Notes: generated from the letters alone by a model not told the origin. Shown: positions 1 to 8,204, numbered from the stretch's first letter. The stretch is DNA of 32,990 nucleotides from Flavipsychrobacter stenotrophus (GCA_947371715.1 CANBQQ010000001.1:1-32990), one strand, 5' to 3'. Program-made: numbers and translations.

Positions 1-1226
1 ACTACCGGGGCAGCAGGCGCAATGCTATCTATCCACTTCATAACCGGCGGAAAAGCAGGGTATTTGTTATAGACATTGCACAGACTGTCTTTCGTGGGTT
101 GTCCTATCTTGTTAAAGCAAGATGTGCTATAATAGCTACAGCCTGATGAGGTACAATACTGGCGAATATCTCTTATCTGCCACAATAATTCATTAGGGCT
201 TTTCCATGGGCCTACCGGCTTTTCAGACATGCGGTATACACCAAGACCGAAGTACATGTGCCTGCCATAGGCATGTGCGTTCCACCATGGGAGCAGTATG
301 TTGAAGGGAGCTGCTTTGTGGCCGTGTTCCCAATAGAGTTGCGGCATGAGGTAATCTACCCAGCCCTTCTTGGTCCAGAGTATAACATCAGAATAAAGAT
401 CATCGTAGCAACTGGTACCAGCTGTTGTGGCTGAGCCCTCGGGATCTTTGGTTATGTTTCTCCATACACCAAAAGGACTGATACCGAACTTCACGTAAGG
501 CTTTACTGTCTTGATCTTTGTATTGAGCTGCATAACGAATTGATTTACGTTGTCGCGTCTCCAGTCTTCCTTATTAGCGCCCTGTCCGTATTTCTGATAG
601 CTTTTATTGTCGCCGAAAGCTTGCCCCGGCACCTTATAAGGGTAGAAGTAATCATCGAGGTGAACACCATCAATATCATAGCGTTTAACCACATCCATGA
701 TCACGCTGATCACATAATCGCGTGCAGGCCACTGCCCCGGATCTATGTATGATTTGCCACCGTAGCTAATGATCCAATCAGGGTGGGTGTGCGTGATATG
801 GTTGGCAGGATTAGGGTTTTGCTTGCTATCTACCAATGCCCTGAACGGATTGAACCATGCATGAAACTCCATATTGCGTTTATGTGTTTCAACGATCATG
901 AACTCGAGCGGATCGTAATAGGGCACCGGTGCCACACCCTGCTTGCCTGTAAGGTAGTGGCTCCATGGCTCCAGTTCAGACGCATACAAAGCATCGCTGG
1001 AAGGACGTATCTGTACTATTACAGCATTGCAACCCAACGCTTTTAGTTCTTCCAGCCTGGTTATAAATTGTTCCTGTTGCTCGCCGGAGGAGAGTCCCTG
1101 CTTGCTGGGCCAGTCGATATTGGCCACGGTAGCTATCCATGCGGCACGCAGCTCGCGCTTTACGGGTGCAGCATTATCAGTTGTGGCAATGAACAAACAC
1201 AATAATAAAATGAGGTATCTACGCAT
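1..1226 (-). CDS. Family 10-like glycoside hydrolase (GHL10/YddW/DUF187), truncated by window start
   Basis: Not in the ORF track because it runs off the edge. My translation from ATG 1226: MRRYLILLLCLFIATTDNAAPVKRELRAAWIATVANIDWPS...LGCNAVIVQIRPSSDALYASELEPWS..., later FGISPFGVW and WVDYLMPQLYW, all typical YddW/GHL10 motifs; N-terminal signal peptide. Confidence 0.9.
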   Translation of the reverse strand, partial: MRRYLILLLCLFIATTDNAAPVKRELRAAWIATVANIDWPSKQGLSSGEQQEQFITRLEELKALGCNAVIVQIRPSSDALYASELEPWSHYLTGKQGVAPVPYYDPLEFMIVETHKRNMEFHAWFNPFRALVDSKQNPNPANHITHTHPDWIISYGGKSYIDPGQWPARDYVISVIMDVVKRYDIDGVHLDDYFYPYKVPGQAFGDNKSYQKYGQGANKEDWRRDNVNQFVMQLNTKIKTVKPYVKFGISPFGVWRNITKDPEGSATTAGTSCYDDLYSDVILWTKKGWVDYLMPQLYWEHGHKAAPFNILLPWWNAHAYGRHMYFGLGVYRMSEKPVGPWKSPNELLWQIRDIRQYCTSSGCSYYSTSCFNKIGQPTKDSLCNVYNKYPAFPPVMKWIDSIAPAAPV

Positions 1227-1274
1227 AGTTGTGAGACTTAGAAGTGCCGTGGGTGGTTAGCAGGCGGCATAATG

Positions 1275-1282
1275 CAAAATTA
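1275..1282 (-). promoter_or_regulatory. Bacteroidota -7 promoter element (TAATTTTG) for the GHL10 gene
   Basis: Matches TAnnTTTG about 50 nt upstream of ATG 1226. Confidence 0.55.
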
Positions 1283-1349
1283 TTCTAATTAGCCGTAATA
1301 GAAAATGTAAAACTTTGGTGATGTTCATGGTTGCCGGGGTTTGCTACCA

Positions 1350-1427
1350 AGATGTGGCACACCTCGAAGGTTTGCCACATCTCTCAAAGAGGATCTGCCC
1401 GATGGCCGTCGGTCAGAGACCGACAGC
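1350..1427. repeat. Two REP-like hairpins
   Basis: AGATGTGGCAcACCTcgaAGGTtTGCCACATCT (1350-1382) and GCCGTCGGTC-aga-GACCGACAGC (1405-1427); the second resembles CGGGTCAGAGACCCG in the 3346/3460 repeats. Confidence 0.65.
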
Positions 1428-1481
1428 AGGCGTGTAGTCAAGGTTAGTAAGCGTTTGGGGTAAAATGGGTAGCTTTGCGTC

Positions 1482-1565
1482 ATGTTATATTTCTTCTTGC
1501 TGATAGGTGCTGTTGCCGCGATAATTGTGGTGGTGATAAGGTTTCAAAAAGAGCCTAAGGACTAA
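1482..1565 (+). CDS. Putative 27-aa single-pass membrane microprotein (MLYFFLLIGAVAAIIVVVIRFQKEPKD)
   Basis: ATG 1482 to TAA 1565; 19 hydrophobic residues then a charged tail; TAGCTTTG -7 box at 1470-1477 ends 4 nt before the ATG. Confidence 0.55.
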   Translation: MLYFFLLIGAVAAIIVVVIRFQKEPKD

Positions 1566-1639
1566 CGAATATTTGCCTTTGCCGTATTGATGTATGTCAT
1601 GATGGCTTCCGCCAAAAATTGATATATTTACAAGGCATT

Positions 1640-2143
1640 ATGGACCTGAGTAAATTTAAGATCAAAGCTGCAAGAAAGAAAAAAGCCCTGTCTGCTTTTC
1701 TTTTAAAACTGGATGACATTGTTCCGCATGATATGCCTGAACTAGTAGCCAAAGTAGATGCTACGGTGTGGCAGGATACGAATTGTACTGCATGTGCCAA
1801 TTGCTGCAAAACAATGACGCCCACTTATCTACAGGCAGATATAGACAGGATCTCCGCTCACCTGGGCATGCCTTCCGCAACATTTATCGATAAGTGGCTG
1901 AAGAAAGAAGAAGGCTCTGAGGACTGGGTAAATACCACTCAACCGTGCCAGTTCCTGATCAACGATATGTGCTCAATTTACGAGGTTCGCCCTGCAGATT
2001 GTGCCGAATTTCCGCATCATGACAAGAAACCATTTGATGCCTATAATGAGACATTTACCAACAACCTTATGCATTGCCCCGCAACATTTACTTTGGTAGA
2101 ACGCCTGAAAAAGGTTGTAGAGCGAGAGTACGAATGGGTTTAA
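1640..2143 (+). CDS. YkgJ family cysteine cluster protein (CxxCxxCC Zn/Fe-chelating)
   Basis: CTACANCCK, PCQFL and CSIYEVRPADCAEFPH motifs; ATG 1640 preferred over TTG 1619. Confidence 0.9.
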   Translation: MDLSKFKIKAARKKKALSAFLLKLDDIVPHDMPELVAKVDATVWQDTNCTACANCCKTMTPTYLQADIDRISAHLGMPSATFIDKWLKKEEGSEDWVNTTQPCQFLINDMCSIYEVRPADCAEFPHHDKKPFDAYNETFTNNLMHCPATFTLVERLKKVVEREYEWV

Positions 2144-2199
2144 GAAGTAAAAACTCAAAAGTGAAAACTTAAAAGTGGCTTCTGTAGATAACCACCTCC

Positions 2200-2259
2200 C
2201 CCTGTAAATTCTGCTGAAGAAGCAGAATTTACAGGGTACTCCTCCTTCAAAAGGAGGAG
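2200..2259. repeat. Double-hairpin REP-like element / possible terminator after ykgJ-family gene
   Basis: CCCTGTAAATTCTGCT-gaaga-AGCAGAATTTACAGGG (16-bp perfect stem) followed by CTCCTCCTT-caa-AAGGAGGAG. Confidence 0.65.
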
Positions 2260-2384
2260 AGTGTGCTACGCAAGTGAAATGTAGTTTAAGCACAATTAGA
2301 ACAAATAACTGAAAGCGTGAAAATTAAAGCCATTGAGCAGTCATGGCATTATGATTGTAACAATGATTAAAATGGATCGATTAA

Positions 2385-3314
2385 ATGGCATTTGAATTCC
2401 GCAAATACTTTCATGTACTCAAAGAAGCCGGTATTGAGTTTGCTAATGATAATGGCACCAAACTGAGTGCATCGCTGGCTTACTATACTATCTTTTCAAT
2501 AGGTCCGTTGCTGCTTGTAGTGATATCTGTAAGTAGCATTTTCTATAAAAGAGCAGACATTACCACGAAGATACTAGACCAGGTGAGCGCGCTGGTAGGC
2601 ACAACAGGTGCTGACCAGATCAGGACCATGCTGGATAATACCAAGACGCAAGGTAATACCACACTCTTCAGCATTATAGGCATTGTGGTACTGATATTTG
2701 GTGCCACAGGTATATTTACCGAGATACAAAGTTCTATCAACTATATTTGGTCTATAAAAGCTAAGCCCAAAAAGGGATGGCTGAAGTATATAACGGACAG
2801 GCTGTTGTCGTTCTCTCTCATCATAGGCAGTGGTTTTTTAATGTTGGTTACTCTACTCATTAACCTGCTCATGGATATACTGTCTGACCACCTGCAGCGT
2901 ATACTTGGCGATGCGAATATTATATTGCTAAAGGGGCTTAACATAGGATTGTTGTTTGTAGTAGTTACGTTTCTTTTTGCTGTCATCTATAAGGTACTAC
3001 CCGATGCTGTTATTAAGTGGAAAGACGCATTGATAGGTGCAGCATTTACGGGTGTACTATTTTTGATAGGCAAATTTCTGATCGGTTACTACCTGGGTGC
3101 ATCAAAGAGTATCAGTACTTATGGCGCCGCAGCATCGTTGATCCTTTTGCTTTCATGGGTTTATTATTCTTCTATCATATTGTACTTCGGGGCCGAGTTT
3201 ACAAAGGTCTATGCACTTAGAATGGGCAGTGGCATAACGGTGTATGATACAGCAGTATACATTGTAAAAAGAGAGGCTAAGGAACACCCGGAGGTGAAGC
3301 ATCCGCATATGTAG
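2385..3314 (+). CDS. YihY/virulence factor BrkB family membrane protein
   Basis: SASLAYYTIFSIGPLL, IYKVLPD and YGAAASLIxLLxWVYYSSxILYFGAEF motifs; multiple TM helices. Confidence 0.93.
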   Translation: MAFEFRKYFHVLKEAGIEFANDNGTKLSASLAYYTIFSIGPLLLVVISVSSIFYKRADITTKILDQVSALVGTTGADQIRTMLDNTKTQGNTTLFSIIGIVVLIFGATGIFTEIQSSINYIWSIKAKPKKGWLKYITDRLLSFSLIIGSGFLMLVTLLINLLMDILSDHLQRILGDANIILLKGLNIGLLFVVVTFLFAVIYKVLPDAVIKWKDALIGAAFTGVLFLIGKFLIGYYLGASKSISTYGAAASLILLLSWVYYSSIILYFGAEFTKVYALRMGSGITVYDTAVYIVKREAKEHPEVKHPHM

Positions 3315-3345
3315 GTGTTTGAACAGCTGATCTACTTGATTGGTA

Positions 3346-3558
3346 GATCGCCTAAAACGAGTACTTCCCGATGTTCGGGTCAGAGACCCGCTATACTAGT
3401 CGTCACGAGAGCGCTACGCTAACTCTCGCGACAGCAGAAAATTGATTTGCATGATGTTGGATCGCCTAAAACGAATACGTCCTGATGTTCGGGTCAGAGA
3501 CCCGTTAAATCAGTCGTCACGAGAGTCCCGAAATAATCGGGACTAACACTCGCGACAG
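3346..3558. repeat. Imperfect direct repeat, 2 copies (3346-3434 and 3460-3558), built from REP-like hairpins
   Basis: Both read GATCGCCTAAAACGA.TAC.TCC.GATGTTCGGGTCAGAGACCCG...AGTCGTCACGAGAG...CTAAC.CTCGCGACAG; a partial third head GATCCAAAAACGAATACGTCC at 3870-3890. Confidence 0.9.
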
Positions 3559-3597
3559 GTTTGTATTTGTTTACTGTTATTTTGTTAGCCAGTCGCT

Positions 3598-3646
3598 GTG
3601 GAGACGGACCCTTCGATAAAAACTCAGGATGACAATGCGTCTCTAC
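3598..3646. repeat. REP-like GTGGAGACG...CGTCTCTAC element with a 26-bp insert in its loop
   Basis: Arms match the compact copy at 5479-5506; extra CCCTTCGATAAAAACTCAGGATGACA at 3609-3634. Confidence 0.7.
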
Positions 3647-3672
3647 CAGAGAATTTTATTGTTGTTTGTATA

Positions 3673-3830
3673 AAAGTGGCAGTTTTTGATGAAAGTGGCA
3701 GTTTTTTGTCTCTTGTTTTACTGAAACACCTATTGGGTAAGGGTTTTGTCGATTTTAACAAACTGCTACTTTCTGCCACTTTCTGCCACTTATTGCCACA
3801 TGCTGCCACTTTTTTCGTGGAAAGTAGCAG
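3673..3830. repeat. Array of eight 10-bp AAAGTGGCAG-type repeats in both orientations (iteron-like)
   Basis: Forward copies 3673-3682, 3692-3701, 3821-3830; five abutting reverse copies 3763-3812 (CTGCTACTTT, CTGCCACTTT, CTGCCACTTA, TTGCCACATG, CTGCCACTTT). Confidence 0.85.
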
Positions 3831-3897
3831 TGTACTTCGTGTGCCTTCCAATGACAGAGGGCGAATAGCGATCCAAAAACGAATACGTCCAAACGTA

Positions 3898-4006
3898 AGA
3901 TTGCTTCGCGAAGGGCTCGCAATGACACGCTTGGGACGGATGTTGCAGGGCTGAACATCTTCAGCCCCTACGTACAATGTAGGTGACCTGCAATGTAGGT
4001 GACCTG
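3898..4006. repeat. REP-like elements plus a perfect 16-bp tandem duplication
   Basis: AGATTGCTTCGCGAAGGGCTCGCAATGACA (3898-3927); hairpin GGGCTGAAcatcTTCAGCCC (~3948-3967); (CAATGTAGGTGACCTG)x2 at 3975-4006. Confidence 0.75.
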
Positions 4007-4021
4007 AGATAAGGGTTCATA

Positions 4022-4067
4022 ATGTCAAAGAACTACCGGAATTTCGCCGGGAATGGGTGCAAATTAA
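4022..4067 (-). promoter_or_regulatory. Leftward promoter-like site with downstream boxA-like element
   Basis: Minus strand: TTAATTTG (4067-4060, one mismatch to TAnnTTTG) then GTTCTTTGACAT (4033-4022), resembling the NusB/E boxA consensus GYTCTTTAACA. Confidence 0.4.
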
Positions 4068-4195
4068 TGTGGGAAAATGGGTTGGAAAAATAAAGATATT
4101 CACAAAAATGTGGACATCTCGTGTTACTTAAAGGAATGTCAATGATTTGTAAGGGCTACTTGAAGTGAAATATTTTTTTTCGGAAGATGGGATCA

Positions 4196-4666
4196 TTAAA
4201 GCACCTTCCGCCAGTCTTCTGTTTCAGCGAAATGTTTGACCATGTTGAACCTGTCAACAAGAAATCGCGTCATGTATTTTTTCAAGATCAGTTTGTCGAA
4301 TATTTTACCAACGATGCCGAATGGCGATTCGTAAGTGAACATTTCTGTCATTAAAGTGGCACCGCTGCTTTCTTCAAAAAAATGCTGGTGATGGAAGCTT
4401 TTGAAAGCGCCTTTTACCATCCTATCGGTGAAATAGGTGGGTGATTCCATTTCTTCGATAACTACAGTAAGCTGCTGGCGGATAAAGAAATGAGTAGCTT
4501 CCCAGGTAACAGTTTCGCCCTTGCTGATGAGCCCGGAGGTTTTGCCTGCTATGGCTATTTCATTGGTTTTGGAGGTAGACAGCATATGTAGTTCTATGCT
4601 CCGGGAGAGGTCGAAGCAGCGCTGTGCCGGAGCATTGACATAAGCGGAAAGGAAGATCTTAGGCAT
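4196..4666 (-). CDS. SRPBCC (START-like) family protein
   Basis: FDLSRSIELH, GETVTWEATHF and FTDRMVKGAFKSFHHQHFF motifs; TAACTTTG -7 box at 4682-4675. Confidence 0.9.
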   Translation of the reverse strand: MPKIFLSAYVNAPAQRCFDLSRSIELHMLSTSKTNEIAIAGKTSGLISKGETVTWEATHFFIRQQLTVVIEEMESPTYFTDRMVKGAFKSFHHQHFFEESSGATLMTEMFTYESPFGIVGKIFDKLILKKYMTRFLVDRFNMVKHFAETEDWRKVL

Positions 4667-4799
4667 AGCTTTTTCAAAGTTAAAAGTTAAAACCTAAAAG
4701 TGCCGACATGATTGGGAAGTTTGAGTGTATAGTTTGTTTGTTGTATGTATAACTATGTTGCCCCTGAATATAATGTCATTAAGCATTGCTCGCTTAATT

Positions 4800-4874
4800 A
4801 AACATCCGATACCTTCGGCATCGTTTCAAAACTACTATATGATTTTACTATAAACATCTAATACCTTCGGCATC
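4800..4874. repeat. 23-bp direct repeat, 2 copies
   Basis: AAACATCCGATACCTTCGGCATC (4800-4822) and AAACATCTAATACCTTCGGCATC (4852-4874); small hairpin core. Confidence 0.7.
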
Positions 4875-4892
4875 ACTGGTTACATAAACAAG

Positions 4893-5372
4893 TTATGGTT
4901 TGGCAACATTAAATGAGCCATCGGTAACAACAGTAGAATCTACCGTGAAGTTGAAAGTGCCGATCATTGCATAGGGGCTGTCGGATTCAATATTTATCTC
5001 CCCAAGTGTAGCATAGTGCCGCTCGCCATTGATGTAGTAAGTGGCAGATACGTTAGGGGGATCGATGAGGTAGTTTTTGGGACCTGTATAGTTAACGATG
5101 GAAAATGAAATTGTACTAGTTGTATCGCTTACTTTACGCGTGGCATTGATATAGAGGTCAGACATTACGCTATCATTTGCATACCTGATGCGATAAGCAT
5201 AAGCCGAGTCGGTAGTCCATGCATGTCCATTAATGGTGGCATTCATACCCACAGCGGTATCCCGGTTATTGTTTTGCTGCACACTATTGGTAACAGGATA
5301 GTGCTTTTTTTTCTTGCAGGCCAAAAATGCCAGCAAAGAAATTACCACCAATACTGCTACAATTCTTTTCAT
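4893..5372 (-). CDS. Putative lipoprotein, beta-rich (DUF6252-like)
   Basis: Lipobox FLAC followed by KKKK; xATINGxxW and GTFNFT motifs; paralogous to 5546-6004. Confidence 0.75.
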   Translation of the reverse strand: MKRIVAVLVVISLLAFLACKKKKHYPVTNSVQQNNNRDTAVGMNATINGHAWTTDSAYAYRIRYANDSVMSDLYINATRKVSDTTSTISFSIVNYTGPKNYLIDPPNVSATYYINGERHYATLGEINIESDSPYAMIGTFNFTVDSTVVTDGSFNVAKP

Positions 5373-5409
5373 ACTCGGTGTATAACGTTATCGGGATGTT
5401 TTTTATTGT

Positions 5410-5438
5410 AATAAGGAGCGCTAGTGGCGCTCCTTATT
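5410..5438. terminator. Intrinsic terminator-like hairpin between the two lipoprotein genes
   Basis: AATAAGGAGCGC-tagtg-GCGCTCCTTATT. Confidence 0.7.
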
Positions 5439-5478
5439 GTTTTTAAATTATTATCTACAGCTAGATGGCTCGTATTAT

Positions 5479-5506
5479 GTGGAGACGCAAAATCTTGCGT
5501 CTCTAC
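5479..5506. repeat. REP-like hairpin
   Basis: GTGGAGACGCAA-aatc-TTGCGTCTCTAC; same family as 3598-3646. Confidence 0.7.
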
Positions 5507-5545
5507 GCACTTGCATCCGAAGTTAGGTTTGAGTTGATAGATATT

Positions 5546-6004
5546 CTAGTAAACCCATGGTTTGCCGCAAACGTAGTTGCCATTAAGAATAGTAACACCG
5601 CTGGTACTTGTAAAGTTGAAATAACCACTAATAACGTTGGTGCTTGCATCTTTAATAGCAACGATACCGCCGGTAGCCTGATACTTAACATTGTTATGCA
5701 GGTAGTAGGCGCTTGCCTGACCCTGAACAATAGAATAGGTACCCGGATTGCCGGTGTATTTGGTAACAGTAATTTCTATCTTGTCTCCTGAGCTGCGCTC
5801 GTAGCCATCCATGATCAATGTAGTACCGGTATCTGCGATCTGCGATTTCTGCAGGCGCGGCTCGATATAGTCAGCATTAAAGGTATAGGATGCTATAGTT
5901 GCAGACATGGACGGTTCGATAGTAGGCGTACCTGTTTTAGTACATCCCGCGAACATAAATCCACAGCTTAGAATAACAATTATAGAAAATATGCTTTTTT
6001 TCAT
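5546..6004 (-). CDS. Putative lipoprotein, beta-rich (DUF6252-like)
   Basis: Lipobox FAGC; SMSATI...YTG.PGTY.I...ISGYFNFT parallels the neighbouring gene. Confidence 0.75.
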   Translation of the reverse strand: MKKSIFSIIVILSCGFMFAGCTKTGTPTIEPSMSATIASYTFNADYIEPRLQKSQIADTGTTLIMDGYERSSGDKIEITVTKYTGNPGTYSIVQGQASAYYLHNNVKYQATGGIVAIKDASTNVISGYFNFTSTSGVTILNGNYVCGKPWVY

Positions 6005-6127
6005 ACCTGATATTTGTGCTAAGATAGCTTAAAAAGTTAAAAGTCAAAAGTGAAAAGTAAAAAGTGGACGATGCAAGACCAGCACGTCAAACACTTTTTA
6101 GTTCTTAGTTTCAATTTTTTAGTTTTT

Positions 6128-8107
6128 TTAGTAGTTCATCAATTTCTTTACTGCTTCGTCTAAACGTGAAGATGCCAGGAAATTTTGCTCGAGTATTACA
6201 GAGAAAGGCACCGGTGTATCGAGGCTGGCACAACGCACTATTGGCGCATCCAGGCTTTCGAAACAATGCTCGCCTATCCAAGCAGCCAATTCTCCACCTA
6301 ATCCACCTGTCAATGTGTCTTCGTGAAGGATCAACACCTTACCCGTGCGCTCTACTGCCTCTTTAATTGCTGTGTAATCCAACGGCAACAAAGTTCTGAG
6401 ATCGAGTATATCGATAGACAATTCGGGATGGTTGTTTGCATAGGCCTCTGCCCAATGTACGCCCATACCATAGGTAATGATGCTGAGATCGGTACCCGTT
6501 CTTGCTACTCTTGCTTTACCGATTTCAATAGCATAATACTCATCGGGCACCAGGCCGGAAACACTTCTGTACAATGCCTTGTGCTCGAAGAACATTACCG
6601 GGTTAGGATCTGCCAATGCGGCGATCAGCAAGCCTTTAGCATCAGCGGGAGTAGAAGGATATACTACCTTTAAACCCGGTGTATGTGTAAACCAGGCTTC
6701 ATTGCTCTGTGAGTGGAAAGGGCCGGCACCAACGCCCGCGCCCGTAGGCATACGGATAACGACATCGGCATTCTGGCCCCAGCGATAATGAATTTTAGCC
6801 AGGTTGTTGATGATCTGGTTAAAACCGACTGTCACAAAGTCAGCAAACTGCATTTCCATCATTGCCTTATACTTTTTGATGGATAGACCCAGCGCAGAAC
6901 CAACAATGGCACTTTCGCAAAGCGGTGTATTGCGTACTCTTTCTTTACCAAATTTCTCTACAAAACCTTCCGTCACCTTAAATGCACCACCATATTCGGC
7001 GATATCCTGTCCCATAAGAACAAGATTTGGCAGCTGCTCCATGCTCTGGCGCAAACCTTCGCTGATAGCCTGTATAAATTTCTTTTCTGTTCCGGCAGTT
7101 GAAGGACCTGGAATGGGTGCATGTGTTACCGGCGCATATACGTCGGCTACTTCCTCTACTGTATCTGCAACAACGGCAGGTGCTGCAAAACCAACAGCTA
7201 TACCGTGTTCTATTTCCTTTTGAATGGTTTCCCTGATGGTTTCAATTTTAGCAGCATCGAGCACACCCTGTGCGATCAAAAATGCTTCATAGTTGGCAAC
7301 AGGATCTTTTTTACCCCACTCTTCAAACAATTCTTTAGGTACATATTTTACACCACTGGCTTCTTCATGGCCTCTCATACGGAAGGTCATACATTCCACC
7401 AGTATTGGTTTCTGCTCTGTAATACAATATTCGCGGGCAGCCTTCATCTGGCTATATACTTCCAGAATATTGTTACCATCGATGGTAATTCCCTTCATGC
7501 CGAAGCCTACAGCCTTATCGGCAATCTGCTTGCACATGAACTGTTCGTTTGATGGTGTACTGAGGCCATAACCGTTATTCTCAACAATGAAAATAACCGG
7601 CAAACCCCATACAGCAGCCACATTGAGGGCCTCGTGGAAGTCACCTTCGCTGGTAGCGCCATCTCCGCTGAAGGCCAGAGAGACTTTATTTTCCTTTTTA
7701 AGTTTATGTGCGAGGGCAATACCATCTGCAATAGCCAACTGCGGACCAAGGTGAGATATCATTCCGCAGATGTGGTATTCATTGGCGCCAAAGTGGAAAG
7801 AACGCTCGCGCGCCTTGCTGAAACCGTCTTTTGCACCCTGCCATTGCATAAATAATTTATCGAACGGCATTTTACGGGCAGTGAATACACCAAGATTGCG
7901 GTGCATAGGCATTATATATTCATCTGCATCGAGTGCCAGGGTAGCACCAATAGATATGGCCTCCTGGCCAATACCACTGAACCACTTGCTTATCTTACCC
8001 TGCCTGAGCAAAATAAGCATTTTCTCCTCTATCATGCGTGGGCGCAGTAACTCAGTATAAATATTAATGAGTTCATTATGGGCTAAACCGCGCTTATCGA
8101 ATTCCAT
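6128..8107 (-). CDS. 2-oxoacid (probably branched-chain) dehydrogenase E1, fused alpha/beta subunit
   Basis: TPP motif GDGATSEGDFHEALN..ENNGY, FRMRGHEE, RVRNTPLCESAIVG, QFADF, FHSQ, IDILDLRTLLPLD; ATG 8107 preferred; TATTTTTG -7 box at 8130-8123. Confidence 0.92.
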   Translation of the reverse strand: MEFDKRGLAHNELINIYTELLRPRMIEEKMLILLRQGKISKWFSGIGQEAISIGATLALDADEYIMPMHRNLGVFTARKMPFDKLFMQWQGAKDGFSKARERSFHFGANEYHICGMISHLGPQLAIADGIALAHKLKKENKVSLAFSGDGATSEGDFHEALNVAAVWGLPVIFIVENNGYGLSTPSNEQFMCKQIADKAVGFGMKGITIDGNNILEVYSQMKAAREYCITEQKPILVECMTFRMRGHEEASGVKYVPKELFEEWGKKDPVANYEAFLIAQGVLDAAKIETIRETIQKEIEHGIAVGFAAPAVVADTVEEVADVYAPVTHAPIPGPSTAGTEKKFIQAISEGLRQSMEQLPNLVLMGQDIAEYGGAFKVTEGFVEKFGKERVRNTPLCESAIVGSALGLSIKKYKAMMEMQFADFVTVGFNQIINNLAKIHYRWGQNADVVIRMPTGAGVGAGPFHSQSNEAWFTHTPGLKVVYPSTPADAKGLLIAALADPNPVMFFEHKALYRSVSGLVPDEYYAIEIGKARVARTGTDLSIITYGMGVHWAEAYANNHPELSIDILDLRTLLPLDYTAIKEAVERTGKVLILHEDTLTGGLGGELAAWIGEHCFESLDAPIVRCASLDTPVPFSVILEQNFLASSRLDEAVKKLMNY

Positions 8108-8204
8108 AAAAAAAATTTGGCGCAAAAATAGGTTTAATATTTAAGTTAAAAGTCAAAAGTTAAAACCCAAAAGTGTGTGGTTGCAGCGAACGTGGCATCT
8201 GGTT

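Noticed and set aside
540-1260. Plus-strand ORFs 540-752, 783-1046 and 1027-1260
   Set aside because: Antisense shadows of the GHL10 hydrolase on the minus strand.
3346-3890. CRISPR array interpretation of the direct repeats
   Set aside because: Only two long copies plus a partial head, no regular repeat-spacer period, and no cas genes in the window.
3598-3977. ORFs 3598-3954 (+), 3624-3977 (-) and 3755-3958 (-)
   Set aside because: They translate through REP and iteron DNA, show no family motifs and overlap each other; best explained as chance ORFs.
3950-4020. 19-aa minus-strand ORF (MNPYLRSPTLQVTYIVRRG) after the boxA-like site
   Set aside because: Runs through the 16-bp duplication into a REP hairpin; no coding features.
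4760-4790. Possible dif (XerCD) site around ATAATGTCATTAAG
   Set aside because: The spacer is 5 nt instead of 6 and the XerD arm does not match TTATGTTAAAT.
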